From an uncultured Acidobacteriota bacterium (GTDB lineage: Bacteria > Acidobacteriota > Polarisedimenticolia > J045), in contig CAVPCQ010000011.1 in the NCBI GenBank assembly GCA_963702425.1, positions 64,001-128,000 on the forward strand: DNA of 64,000 bases, read 5' to 3'. Positions 12,483-25,351 of the stretch are shown in pieces (the first letter of the stretch is position 1; each line of letters begins with the position of its first letter). The notes below the pieces were generated by a model. It was given only the letters and a program-made list of their open reading frames with translations. It was not told the origin of the DNA and made no database searches. A program made the position numbers and the translations under genes.

Positions 12483-14000
12483 TCACCGCGGGCGCGGCGG
12501 ACGGAGCCTCGACAACACACGCCCCAGGAGTTCGCGGTCCTCCGGTTCCGGCCGCAGAAGCCACCAGGCCCCGGCGAAGACCGCGACCGCGACGGCGGCG
12601 GCCGGGACCCCGCCGAGGGTCGCGTAGACCGCGCCGCCGGCGGCCGCGGCCAGCACGAACGCCGCGACCGGCTTCAGGATCGTCCGGTCCCACGGAACGA
12701 GCCGGAACATGAACCAGATCTCGACGCAGCGGACGGCGTTGATCAGCGCCAGCGACGAGGCCCCCGCCGCCGCCGCGCCGGTCGCGCCGTAGGCCGGGAC
12801 CAGCAGCGCGTTGAGCCCCAGGCTGGCCAGCGCCACGCAGGCGGCGTTGACCAGGTTGATGTGCGGGTAGCCGGTCATCGTCAGCAGCATCCCGTTGGTC
12901 CCCATCGCTGCCGAGGCGAGTTGCCCCGCCGCGAGCAGGGCCAGCGGGAGGTGCCCGGCTTCGAAGTCGCTGCCGAAGAGCCGCAGCAGCGGCCGGCCGC
13001 CGAAGACGACCACCAGCGCGATCAGCGCACTGAGCGAGAAGATCCAGCGGGTCGAGGTGTGGAAGGTCCGCTCGAGGCCCGCCGCGTCGCTCCGTCCGTG
13101 CATGCCGGCATAGCTCGGGGCGAGCGAGGTGTTGAGCGCCTCGGTCGGCATGTTGACGGCCGTGCCGAGCCGGGACGCGACGGCGTAGATCCCGATCTCC
13201 GCCGCGCTGCGGTAGACGCCCATCACCAGCACGTCGGCCCAGAGCACGAAGTGGTTGAGCAGGTTGAGGAACATCACCGGTGTGGCGAAGGCGAACAGCT
13301 CGCGCCAGCGCCGCGGCGCGGGGGCTTCGGCCGGCGGAACGGTGGCCATCCGCCGCGCCAGCCAGCGGCCACTCAGCACGGCGACCACCGCCGCGGCGAG
13401 GAAGAACGCGGCGAGGACCCACGGCAGGCTGCGCGTCGCGGCCGAGCGGGGCACGAACAGCGCGAGCAGCAGCGCGGAGAAGATCGCCGGGTGGGCGATC
13501 CGATCGACGATCACCTTGGCGCGGATCTCCTTCAGCCCCTGCAGGCAGCCGCCGGCGACCGCGTTGAGGCCGAGGAGCGGGAGCGCCAGCGCGAGCCCGG
13601 CCAGCGGCAGCGCGAGCCCCTCCTTGGCGAACAGCGCGCGCGAGCCCCAGGGCGCGGCCAGCAGCACGAGGACCGTCCAGGCCAGGCTCGAGACGACGAC
13701 GACGCGCAGGCTGGCGGCGACGACCCAGCGCAGCGTCGCCCAGTCGCGCCGGGCGGCGCTGGCGGCAACGAAGTGGACGCTGGAGACCGGCAGCCCCATG
13801 TTGGCCGGCATCGCCGCCATCATGACGACGGTACTGGCCAGCGCGAAGAGCCCGTAGCCGGCGCTGCCCAGGACGCGGGCCAGGAGGATCGAGTTGAGGT
13901 AGCGGCAGGCGGCGCCCGCGGCGCCGAGCAGGCCGGCCCAGCCCCCCTCCTTCGCCACGAAGCGGACGTCGTCCGCGCCCGGCCTCGACGGGGCGCTCAT
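12483..14000 (-). CDS. Wzx-like polysaccharide flippase (MOP superfamily)
   Basis: LARVLGSAGYGLF, DVLVMG..EIGIYAVASR, LVPAYGATGAA, about 14 TM segments. Confidence 0.85.
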   Translation of the reverse strand: MSAPSRPGADDVRFVAKEGGWAGLLGAAGAACRYLNSILLARVLGSAGYGLFALASTVVMMAAMPANMGLPVSSVHFVAASAARRDWATLRWVVAASLRVVVVSSLAWTVLVLLAAPWGSRALFAKEGLALPLAGLALALPLLGLNAVAGGCLQGLKEIRAKVIVDRIAHPAIFSALLLALFVPRSAATRSLPWVLAAFFLAAAVVAVLSGRWLARRMATVPPAEAPAPRRWRELFAFATPVMFLNLLNHFVLWADVLVMGVYRSAAEIGIYAVASRLGTAVNMPTEALNTSLAPSYAGMHGRSDAAGLERTFHTSTRWIFSLSALIALVVVFGGRPLLRLFGSDFEAGHLPLALLAAGQLASAAMGTNGMLLTMTGYPHINLVNAACVALASLGLNALLVPAYGATGAAAAGASSLALINAVRCVEIWFMFRLVPWDRTILKPVAAFVLAAAAGGAVYATLGGVPAAAVAVAVFAGAWWLLRPEPEDRELLGRVLSRLRPPRPR

Positions 14001-14022
14001 GCCGCTCCCGGCCTGCGGCGCG

Positions 14023-14852
14023 TCACGCCGTCACCGCACCGTCCGCGTAGCCGAGCCGCTCGAGGAGACCCGGCGCGACCTCGCGGAACGCCGCCTCGTG
14101 CTCCGGCGCGAAGTGGTTCTTCCAGTCGCCGATCTCCCCCTTGCGGAAGGTCAGGCTGTCCCTCGAGAAGGTCGCGCGGGCGATCGCGGCCACCTGCTCG
14201 CCGCTCAACCCGAAGCCGAGCCAGTCGGTGAGGCGCTGCAGTTCGTCGAGCTGCGCGCGCTCCGAACCACCACCGTGCGGGCCGACGAGGTCCTCGAAGC
14301 GGCAGGTGTGCACGGCGTGCCGCTCGGTCCAGGCGAGGTAGGAGCGGAAGAGCGTCGCCGATGTCGGGCTGTGCGCGTCCGTCCCGGGCGTACACCCCAT
14401 CGACGCCGCGGATGCAGGCCATGATCCGCTCGTGATCCGAGGTCAGGACGCGCGTGAAATGATCGTGGAAGCGGTGGCCGACGTGCTCGCGCGGGATGTA
14501 CTTGGCGAGCGAGACGACGACGTCGCGCGGGTCCCTGATCATCAGCACGAGCCGGATCCCCGCGGCGTCCAGCGCCCCGGCGACGCGCGGCTCGTAGACG
14601 ATGTGCCCGACGAGGACCTGGAACGGGGCGATGCGCCGCAGGCGGCGGATCTTGCCGTCGACGCTGACCTTGCCGAGGACCAGCTCGGGGATGACGCGCA
14701 CGCCGGGAACCCGCTTCAGGGCCGAGATCAGCAGGTGCGTGCCGGCCTTCGGCAGGCTGGTGACGGCGACGCGCGGGCCCTCCGGCCGGGCCGCGGAGGG
14801 CGTGCCAGGCGTCGCCGACCCGGCCCGTCCACGTCGCCAGCGTCCCCGCCAT
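14023..14852 (-). CDS. PAPS-dependent sulfotransferase (about 2 frameshifts)
   Basis: 5'-PSB loop TSLPKAGTHLL, 3'-PB motif MIRDPRDVVVS, RFEDL and C-terminal TFRKGEIGDWKNHF, spread over three frames. Confidence 0.82.
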
Positions 14853-14971
14853 CGCGTCCCCTCGAGAAGATGAACCGCGCGGCGCTTCCGGCCGCGCGGA
14901 TCCGGCATTATGACAGGCGCGGATCGCCGTACAATCTGCGGATCCCCCCTCCGCGGGGCAGGACCGGGACG

Positions 14972-16037
14972 ATGCCGACCGACCCACCGACCTCCACCGT
15001 GCTCCGCCTGCGCTGGCCGGCGGGCGCGACGATCGCGCTGGCGCTGCTCCTCGCCGTCGCCGCGGCCGGGGTCTGCGAAGCGGTGGCGCGGATGGACGGC
15101 GTGCGCGACCGGCTGAGCCCGGAGAGCGTCGGAAGCGGGCAGCAGCAGCTGGACCGGAAGCTGGTCCTGCTGCGCGAGGCGATCGCCGGCCAGGGGGCGG
15201 TCGACGCGCTGTTCCTGGGCAGCTCGCAGGTCCACCGGGCGGTCGACCCGTCGCTGCTCGCTGGGGCGCTTCGCGGGGAGTCCGGGGGCGACCTGCGCAG
15301 CTTCAACTTCGGCCTGAACGGGATCTCGGAGGTCGGCCAGGTGCCGGTCGCCCGGATCCTGGTGCGGAAGTTCCACCCGCGCCTGATCGTGGTCGGCGTG
15401 TCGTCCTACGGGATGGACGACCGGCGCGACATCAAGTTCGGCGAGCACCTCGAATCGAGCCCCTGGTTCCGGTACCAATCGGGGCACCTGGATATCGACG
15501 GCTGGATGCTCGAGCACTCGTACGCCATGCGCCAGTACCAGGGCTACCTCTACTGGTCGAACCCCGACGCCGAGAAGCTCGAGATCCAGGAGCGGGCGGT
15601 GAACGGGATGGAGTCCGACGGCCACGGCGCGTTCGAGCCCGGCCGGTTTCGCGACGTCGACGCGGAGGCGGCCGCGGCCCTTGCCGACTTCCGCGTCTCG
15701 CCGTCCCACGTCGAGGCGCTCGACGCGCTGTTCGCGCTGCGCTCGCCCGAGCTCGAGGTGATCGCCGTAGAGCTGCCGGTCCACGAGCACGTCATCGAGC
15801 GCTACGGCCGCGGCGCCGCGGATCACGCGGCGGCCCTGGCGGCCATCGAGCAGGTCGCGGCGCGGCACGGCGTCGCCTTCTGGCGCTGGCCCGCGGACCG
15901 GCCGATCCCCGAGGACGCCTGGGCCGACTTCGTGCACCTCAACCGGACCGGGACGGCGATCTACAGCGACGTGGCTCGGCGAGCGGCTCGGCAAGGCGCT
16001 GAAGAGCGGCGAGTTGAAGCTGCCGGCCGGCAGCTGA
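14972..16037 (+). CDS. membrane-anchored SGNH-like protein (DltD/AlgJ-like MBOAT partner); 3' frameshift near 15970
   Basis: N-terminal TM, LFLGSSQ, FNFGLNG, C-terminal DxxH (DFVHLN); lies inside the track's 14432-18310 ORF. Confidence 0.72.
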
Positions 16038-16072
16038 CTCCGTGCCGGCCCGAGCGGCTGGAGCGAGAGGGG

Positions 16073-18169
<2,097 letters not shown>

Positions 18170-18261
18170 GGCGTGTCTCGCTCCCGGCGAAGCGGCTACA
18201 ATACCGGTCCCCCGCCTCGCCGGAAACCGTTCCGGAACACGTTCGCGTCCCCGGAGTCCCC

Positions 18262-20403
18262 ATGCCCGCGTCGCTCGAGGCCTTCCTGCGCCCGCGCTCG
18301 ATCGCGCTGATCGGTGCCTCGCACCGTCCGAACTCGCTGGGCGGCCGCGTCACCGCGCGGCTGTTCGGGTCGGGCTACCGCGGCCGACTGATCCCGGTCA
18401 ACCCGCGGCCCGACCCGATCCACGGCCTCGCCCCGGTCGCGTCGGTGGCCGACGCCGAGGGCCCGATCGACCTGGCGCTGATCGCGATCCCGCGCGACGC
18501 GGTCCGCGGCGCGGTCCTGCAGTGCCTCGACAAGGGGATCCCGGCGATCTGCGTCGTCACCGCCGGGTTCAAGGAAGTCGACGAGGAAGGGGCGGCGCTG
18601 GAGCGCGAGCTGGTCGCGCTGGTGCGCGCACGGGGCGCGCGGATGATCGGCCCGAACTGCATGGGGATCACGAACACCAGCCCGCAGTGCACCTTCGACG
18701 CAACCTTCTCGCCGGTTCCGCCGCTGGCCGGTCCGATCGGCTTCGCCTCGCAGTCGGGCGCGCTCGGCGTCGCGGTGCTCAACATCTGCCACCAGCGGCA
18801 GATCGGCTTCTCGCAGTTCGTGTCGATGGGGAACAAGGCCGACGTCGCGGAGGACGACCTGCTCGAGGCCTGGGAGGACGACCCCGAGGTCCGCGTGATC
18901 GCGATGTATCTCGAGTCGGTGCGCGATCCGCAGCGCTTCCTCGCCGCCGCGCGCCGGGTGACGAAGCGAAAGCCGGTCGTGGTGGTCAAGGCGGGGCGGA
19001 CCGCGGCCGGCGCGCGCGCCGCGTCGTCCCACACCGGCGCGCTGGCTGGAGCCGACCAGGGGGCAGAAGCGCTCTTCCGCCAGGCCGGCGTGCTGCGCGT
19101 CGACACCGTGGAGGAGATGCTCGAGACCTCGCTCGCGCTGTCGCGCTGTGCGCTCCCCGCAGGAAACCGCGTGGCGGTCCTCACCAACGCCGGCGGGCCG
19201 GGGATCATGGCCGCCGATGCGCTCGACCGCGCGGGGCTCCTCGTCGCCGAGCTCGAGGCGACGACGAAGGAGGCCCTGCGCGCGCTCCTGCCGCGGGAGG
19301 CCGCGGTGACGAACCCGGTGGACATGATCGCCTCGGCCGGCCCGGTCGAATACGGCAGCTGCCTCGACCTGCTGCTGAAGGACCCGCAGGTCGACGCGGT
19401 CGTGCCGGTCGTCGTGACCCCCCCGGCCCACGACGCGCTCGACGTGCTGAAGGCGCTGATGGACGCGGCCGCGCGCCACCCCAAGCCGGCACTCGGCGTC
19501 TTCATGGTCGGCGAGGACCTCAAGCGCCTGGCGGCGACGCCCGGCGCGATCCCGACCTTCCCGCAGCCAGAAGGGGCGGCCCGGGCGCTGGCCGACATGG
19601 TGCGCTCCGCGCGCTGGCGCGCGGCCGGGCCGGGGACGGTGCCGGACTTCCCGGCCGACGACACGGCGATCGCGGCGCGGTTGGCGGTGCGCGCGGCCGC
19701 CGGCGGCGGCTACCTCGACGCCGCCGCGACCTGGCAGGTCCTCGAAGCGGCGGGGATCCCCGGCGCCGGATGGAGCAGCCTGCCCGCCGCGGCGGACCTG
19801 ACCGAAATCTCCGGCGCGGCGGAAGCGATCGGCTTCCCGGTCGTCCTCAAGGCGACCGGCGACGCGCTCGTGCACAAGTCGGACGCCGGCGGCGTCGCGC
19901 TCGACCTGCGCGATCGCGCGGCGGTCGAGCGCGCGGCGGCCGCGATGTCCGGCGCGCTCGGTCGCGCCGGCCAGGCGCCGGGTAGCTGGGACTGGTTCGT
20001 GCAGGCGTTCCGGCCCGGCGGGCGCGAGGTGATCGTCGGCGCAACGCGCGATCCGCACTACGGGCCGCTGGTGATGTTCGGGCTGGGCGGCCGCTTCGTC
20101 GAGGTCTTCCGGGACGTCCTCTTTGGCCTGGCACCACTCACGCGGGAGGATGCCGAGGCGATGGTGCGTGGCATCCGCGGGCTCCCGCTGCTGACCGGCA
20201 CGCGGGGCGAGGCGGCCGTCGAGCTCGGCCCGGCGGTCGACACGCTCGGCCGCGTCGCGCGCCTGATGGAGCGTCACCCTTCGATCGTCGAGCTGGACCT
20301 CAACCCCCTGTTGCTCTACCCCGAGGCCGATCGGGCTGCGGCGGTGGACGCGCGCATCCGGGTCGCGGGCCCCCCGGCCCCATCCCCGGAGGTCGCGCGG
20401 TGA
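18262..20403 (+). CDS. acetate/acyl-CoA ligase (ADP-forming), fused alpha-beta subunits
   Basis: IGPNCMG, SQSGA, SMGNKAD, phospho-His ASSHTGA, TNAGG, NPVD, ATP-grasp [14 protein letters not shown]. Confidence 0.9.
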   Translation: MPASLEAFLRPRSIALIGASHRPNSLGGRVTARLFGSGYRGRLIPVNPRPDPIHGLAPVASVADAEGPIDLALIAIPRDAVRGAVLQCLDKGIPAICVVTAGFKEVDEEGAALERELVALVRARGARMIGPNCMGITNTSPQCTFDATFSPVPPLAGPIGFASQSGALGVAVLNICHQRQIGFSQFVSMGNKADVAEDDLLEAWEDDPEVRVIAMYLESVRDPQRFLAAARRVTKRKPVVVVKAGRTAAGARAASSHTGALAGADQGAEALFRQAGVLRVDTVEEMLETSLALSRCALPAGNRVAVLTNAGGPGIMAADALDRAGLLVAELEATTKEALRALLPREAAVTNPVDMIASAGPVEYGSCLDLLLKDPQVDAVVPVVVTPPAHDALDVLKALMDAAARHPKPALGVFMVGEDLKRLAATPGAIPTFPQPEGAARALADMVRSARWRAAGPGTVPDFPADDTAIAARLAVRAAAGGGYLDAAATWQVLEAAGIPGAGWSSLPAAADLTEISGAAEAIGFPVVLKATGDALVHKSDAGGVALDLRDRAAVERAAAAMSGALGRAGQAPGSWDWFVQAFRPGGREVIVGATRDPHYGPLVMFGLGGRFVEVFRDVLFGLAPLTREDAEAMVRGIRGLPLLTGTRGEAAVELGPAVDTLGRVARLMERHPSIVELDLNPLLLYPEADRAAAVDARIRVAGPPAPSPEVAR

Positions 20404-20428
20404 CACGGCCTCCCCCTTTGTGGATAAT
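20400..20428 (+). promoter_or_regulatory. candidate sigma70 promoter
   Basis: GTGACA-17 nt-GATAAT with a TG extension, upstream of RBS GAAGGAG and ATG 20505. Confidence 0.45.
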
Positions 20429-20504
20429 GCGCCGGTTCCGGCCTTCCTCCCCGGGAGCTCGGCCGCCGGCCGCCGCCCCGGTCCCGTTGCCGAAGGAGAT
20501 CGTG

Positions 20505-21182
20505 ATGTCCCGTAAGCTGCTCGTGGCCCTTGCGCTCCCGCTGCTCCTGGCGTCGTCCATCGCCTGGGCGCAGGAGGCGGCGGCTCCCGACGAAACAGCC
20601 GCCGAACCCCGCCAGCCGATGCAGTGGGGGGTATACCTCGGCTTCCTTCCCGGTGGGGTCGTCTCCGAGGCGAATTTCGACTACGCGACGCCGTCCAAGG
20701 AGCGGGACGCCAAGGGCCTGACGCCCGAACTCGACGACATCAAGGAAATCGGCGGGATCTGGGCGATCGCGCTCTCCAAGCGCACCTGGTTCCAGGTACG
20801 CGCAGCCGTCGGCCAAACCGCCTACTTCGACACGCCCAACGGCCGGGTCGACTCGCTGGTCTATTCGATCGACCTCGCGCTGATGCCGCGCTGGGAGTGG
20901 GGCTTCTACCAGCTCGGGATCCCGTTCGGATTCGGCTGGGCGCAGTTCGACGCGGACGGCCCCCTGGCCGACGAAGATGTGCCGGGTTCGAACTACACGC
21001 TGCCGCTCAAGTCGGCCGGTGCGGGGACCATCTTCCTGGGCGTCTACAACGGCTTCAAGATCGGCGAGAAGTCGGCGCTCTTCCTCGACCTGCGGTACAA
21101 GATCCTCCACCGCACGCTCAACGTGACGGCGATCTCGCTGCCGACGTGGGAAGCGACGTTCGGGTTCGTTCGCACCTTCTAG
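20505..21182 (+). CDS. small outer-membrane beta-barrel protein
   Basis: Signal peptide ending AWA, amphipathic beta strands, terminal Phe (FGFVRTF), RBS present. Confidence 0.7.
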   Translation: MSRKLLVALALPLLLASSIAWAQEAAAPDETAAEPRQPMQWGVYLGFLPGGVVSEANFDYATPSKERDAKGLTPELDDIKEIGGIWAIALSKRTWFQVRAAVGQTAYFDTPNGRVDSLVYSIDLALMPRWEWGFYQLGIPFGFGWAQFDADGPLADEDVPGSNYTLPLKSAGAGTIFLGVYNGFKIGEKSALFLDLRYKILHRTLNVTAISLPTWEATFGFVRTF

Positions 21183-21203
21183 TCCGGCGAGGCCCCCCTG
21201 CGG

Positions 21204-21238
21204 CGGCCGGCGGCGCGCGCCGCCGGCCGTTTCGTTTT
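21204..21238 (+). terminator. rho-independent terminator
   Basis: 11-bp perfect stem CGGCCGGCGGC / GCCGCCGGCCG, 4-nt loop, then TTTCGTTTT; lies between convergent genes. Confidence 0.8.
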
Positions 21239-21243
21239 CCGGT

Positions 21244-21816
21244 TCAGCCGACGGCCCGGCGGATGAAACGCCGCTCGTGGGGGTCGACCTCGATCCGCTC
21301 GCCCGACTCGAGGTAGAGCGGCACCTGGATCTCGACGCCGCCGGCGACGGTGGCGCGCTTGAGCACCTTGCCGGAAGCGGTGTTGCCGCGCACCGCCGGC
21401 TCGGTCTCGAGCACGTCGACTTCCAGCACTTTGGGCAGCTCGATTGCAGCGATCTGCCCCTGGAACGAGATCGCCCGGACGACCAGCCCCTCGGAGAGCC
21501 ACGGGGCGGCGTCCTCGTTGCGGTCGCGCGGCAGCGAGAACTGCTCGAACGACTCCTCGTCCATGAAGTGCAGGTCGGAGCCGTCGTCGTAGAGGAACTG
21601 CGCCTGGCGGTAGAAGAGGTCGGGCTCGTCGAACGCTTCGCCCGACTTGAGGGTCCTGTCGAGCAGCGTCCCGTCGAGCAGGTTCTTGAAGCGCGCCTTG
21701 ACCAGCGTAGCCGAGCCGCGCGCGGACGGGCTCTGGACGGTGAAGTCGGCCACGGCGTAGGGCGCGCCGTCGAGCAGCACGCGCAGCCCCTTCTTGAAGT
21801 CGGCGGTGGTGATCAC
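21244..21816 (-). CDS. efpL: elongation factor P family protein, EfpL/YeiP type
   Basis: EF-P motifs (QFLY..HFMDEESFEQ, TEPAVRGNTA, VPLYL..GE.I.VD); loop SPSARGSATL matches EfpL rather than PGKG. Confidence 0.8.
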   Translation of the reverse strand: MITTADFKKGLRVLLDGAPYAVADFTVQSPSARGSATLVKARFKNLLDGTLLDRTLKSGEAFDEPDLFYRQAQFLYDDGSDLHFMDEESFEQFSLPRDRNEDAAPWLSEGLVVRAISFQGQIAAIELPKVLEVDVLETEPAVRGNTASGKVLKRATVAGGVEIQVPLYLESGERIEVDPHERRFIRRAVG

Positions 21817-21845
21817 GGGAGCCTCCGGGTGAAAGCCGGGCGATT

Positions 21846-23453
21846 CTACGGCGTCCCCCGCCGGCGTGACAAAGTCGCGGCCGCAAGGAACGCCGCCGCC
21901 GCGAGGAGGTAGCCGACGGCGACGGACCAGGCCTGGCCCGGCACGATCTCCTCACGCACCGCAGCGGGGGTGAGCGTGTAGGCGTGCATCAGCCCCGTTG
22001 CGGCGAGGAGTGCGGCGACCGCGGCCCAGAGCGCGGCGCGGGCGTAGAGGCGCTCGGCGAGGAAGACCGCGATCGCGGCCAGCAGCGTCGCCGAGAACAG
22101 GAAGCCCGACTTGAGCGCCAGCAGGCCCCGCACGTACGGGATCGTCGTCGCCGCGAGCCCGTTCACGAACGCCGGCAGATCGACGGCCGCCGGCAACCAG
22201 CCGTTCACGCGCGCGCCGGTGAAGGTCATCTCGACCAGGAACCAGCCCCAGGCGGCGATGCCGGGGAGCATCCCGATCACCACCGCGGGCGCGTGCTCGG
22301 CCGGGGTGGCGCGGAACGCCTGCGCCGTGATCACGACCGCGATCCAGACCAGGATCGCCATCGCCGCCTCGATCGGCACGATCCGGGCGATCGGTCCGAT
22401 CAACCCGGTCAGCGCCACGACGGTGAAGAAGACGCCGTTCCAGGCCGAGTAGGCCCAGCCGGCGCCCATCCGCTTCCAGCCGGGGTGACCGATGTAGATC
22501 GTGGTCGGGAAGCACGAGCCGAGCGCGGCGGCGGCGACGGTCGCCGCACCGTTGACGAAGAGCGAGCGGCCGGTCGGGTAGGCGTCCCCTTCGGCCTCCG
22601 CCGACTCCACGTTCTGGAGCGAGCCGAGCACGTTGATCAGCCCCATCGGCACGATGACCGCCATCCGCTCCCAGACGAAGGGGCTCGCCAGCGCTGACGC
22701 CAGGTCGCCGAGCGCGGGCCGCGGCAGCCGCAGCCCAGCGCCCTCCCAGAGGCCCGCGAGCGCCAGCGGCGGCGCCCCGGCGACCCCGGCCAGCGTCAGC
22801 CCCCACGCCAGGAGGGTGCCGGCGAGGACGGCCACGAGACCGCCCGGCAGCCCGAACGGCCACCGGAAGCGACCGAGGTAGGTGAGCAGCACGATCGCCA
22901 GCGGGGCGATCGCGACCAGCGGCCGGTCGAACGTCTTCAGCGCGAACTCCATCGAGATGAAACCGAGCGCGATCCCGGCCAGGGTGGAGAGCAATGCCGC
23001 GCGCGGCGTGACCCGCCGCACCCATCCCGCGAAGAGCGCGCCGGCCGCCTCGATCAGCCCGGAGAGGAGGCACGCCACGAGCCCGACCTGCCAGGCCACC
23101 TGCGCCGCCCGTTCCGGGCCGAAATCGGGGCGCGCCGCGAGTTCCTGGTACGTCGGCGCCATGATGAACAGGACGAAGGCGAACAGGCTGACCGTGTTGA
23201 TCCCGAACGGCAGCGCGGTGTGGGGGCGGCCCGTCGCCGCCGCACGCGACCGGGCCAGCCAGGCGTAATACAGGTTCCCGGCGAGCAGGGAGAGCGCGGC
23301 CCCGGGGAAGATCCGGCCCAGGACGAAGTCGGCCGGCATCCCGACCAGGGTCGTACAGAGCGCGAGGATCACGAGGAACTGCAGCAGGTTGTCGACCATC
23401 AGGCCGAAGAAGCCGTCGAGGTCGCCGCGGGTCACGGGGGCGGAGCCGCTCAT
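21846..23453 (-). CDS. NCS2/AzgA-like nucleobase permease family protein
   Basis: GDLDGFFGL, TALPFGIN, NVESAEAEGD, FPTTIYIGHPGWK, many TM helices. Confidence 0.8.
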   Translation of the reverse strand: MSGSAPVTRGDLDGFFGLMVDNLLQFLVILALCTTLVGMPADFVLGRIFPGAALSLLAGNLYYAWLARSRAAATGRPHTALPFGINTVSLFAFVLFIMAPTYQELAARPDFGPERAAQVAWQVGLVACLLSGLIEAAGALFAGWVRRVTPRAALLSTLAGIALGFISMEFALKTFDRPLVAIAPLAIVLLTYLGRFRWPFGLPGGLVAVLAGTLLAWGLTLAGVAGAPPLALAGLWEGAGLRLPRPALGDLASALASPFVWERMAVIVPMGLINVLGSLQNVESAEAEGDAYPTGRSLFVNGAATVAAAALGSCFPTTIYIGHPGWKRMGAGWAYSAWNGVFFTVVALTGLIGPIARIVPIEAAMAILVWIAVVITAQAFRATPAEHAPAVVIGMLPGIAAWGWFLVEMTFTGARVNGWLPAAVDLPAFVNGLAATTIPYVRGLLALKSGFLFSATLLAAIAVFLAERLYARAALWAAVAALLAATGLMHAYTLTPAAVREEIVPGQAWSVAVGYLLAAAAFLAAATLSRRRGTP

Positions 23454-23509
23454 GGCACGATTATCGCGTTCCGCGTGGGAGAATGGGGTTCCCCGCGGGT
23501 GAGGTCCTG

Positions 23510-24073
<564 letters not shown>

Positions 24074-24082
24074 TACCAGTAA

Positions 24083-24111
24083 TTGAGTCGCGGGCTCTAT
24101 CGTAGTATCCT
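24083..24111 (+). promoter_or_regulatory. sigma70 promoter of the ald operon
   Basis: TTGAGT-17 nt-TATCCT in an AT-richer spacer; RBS AAGGAG before ATG 24204. Confidence 0.55.
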
Positions 24112-24203
24112 GTTCAGCCCCATCGGACTTGGCCGTGTGGATCGTTCGCCCAACCGGCCCCATCGGTATCGATTCGTTCGGTTTGTCGCCAAGGAGCGCG
24201 CCC

Positions 24204-25322
24204 ATGATCTTCTGTGTTCCCAAGGAGACCCTGCGCCACGAGCATCGCGTGGGCCTGACCCCCTTCGGGGTTTCGCGGCTGGTGAACTACGGCCACGAGG
24301 TCTACGTCGAGCACGACGCGGGAAAGGACAGCCACTTCGCCGACCAGGACTTCGCAACGGCCGGCGCGTCGATCGTCTACAGCCGCGAGGAGGCCTTCGG
24401 CCGCGCCGACGTGCTCTGCCGCGTCGGCCAGATGACCGCCGAGGAGATCGAGCACCTGAAGCCCGGCGCCACCGTGATGGGCTTCCTGCACCTCGCCGTC
24501 ACGCCGCGCGACGCGATCCAGAAGGCCATGGAGCAGGGCCTCACCATGATCGGCTACGAGGTCATCGAGGACACCGACGCCAACCACCCGGTGCTGCGTC
24601 CGATGTCGGAGATCGCCGGCCACATGGTCGTGCACATCGCGGCTCACCTCCTGGAGTACGAATCGGGCGGCCGCGGCCTGATCCTGGGGAACGTCCCGGC
24701 GATCCCGCCGGCAACGGTCGTCGTGATCGGCGCCGGCACCGTCGGCTGGACGGCAGCGCGGATCGCGCTCGCGAACGGCGCCCACGTGATCGTGCTCGAC
24801 CAGCGGGTCCACCGCCTGCGCCGCGCGCTGACGCACGGTTGCGAGCAGGCGGTCACCGCGCTCGCCACGCCGCGCAACGTCGGCCGCTTCACGGCGATCG
24901 CCGACGTCGTGATCGGCGCCGTGCTCGTCCCGGGCGGCCGGGCGCCCTACCTCGTCTCCGAGGACATGGTCAAGCGGATGAAGCCGGGCGCGGTCGTGGT
25001 CGACCTCTCGATCGACCAGGGGGGCTGCGTCGAGACCAGCCGCCCCACCACGCCGGACCGGCCGACCTTCAAGGTCCACGGGGTCACCCACTACTGCGTG
25101 CCGAACATGACCGCCAACGCCCCCCGCACGGCGTCGCGGGCGATGGTGATCGCGGCCCTTCCCTACCTCGAAATGCTCGCCTCGGAGGGACTCGCGGGAG
25201 CGCTGAAGCGCGACCCGGGCTTCGCGCGCGGGACCTACCTCTACCAGGGATCGATGGTTCACGAGACCGCCGGCCAGGCGCTCGGCCTTCCCACCAGCCG
25301 CCTGTCCGAGCTGCTCGGCTGA
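24204..25322 (+). CDS. ald: alanine dehydrogenase family protein (divergent)
   Basis: VPKE..EHRVGLTP, FLHLA, PMSEIAG, GAGTVG, IDQGGCVET, HYCVPNM. Confidence 0.82.
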   Translation: MIFCVPKETLRHEHRVGLTPFGVSRLVNYGHEVYVEHDAGKDSHFADQDFATAGASIVYSREEAFGRADVLCRVGQMTAEEIEHLKPGATVMGFLHLAVTPRDAIQKAMEQGLTMIGYEVIEDTDANHPVLRPMSEIAGHMVVHIAAHLLEYESGGRGLILGNVPAIPPATVVVIGAGTVGWTAARIALANGAHVIVLDQRVHRLRRALTHGCEQAVTALATPRNVGRFTAIADVVIGAVLVPGGRAPYLVSEDMVKRMKPGAVVVDLSIDQGGCVETSRPTTPDRPTFKVHGVTHYCVPNMTANAPRTASRAMVIAALPYLEMLASEGLAGALKRDPGFARGTYLYQGSMVHETAGQALGLPTSRLSELLG

Positions 25323-25351
25323 CCGCCGGGCGCGTTGCAGGAGAAGAGACC

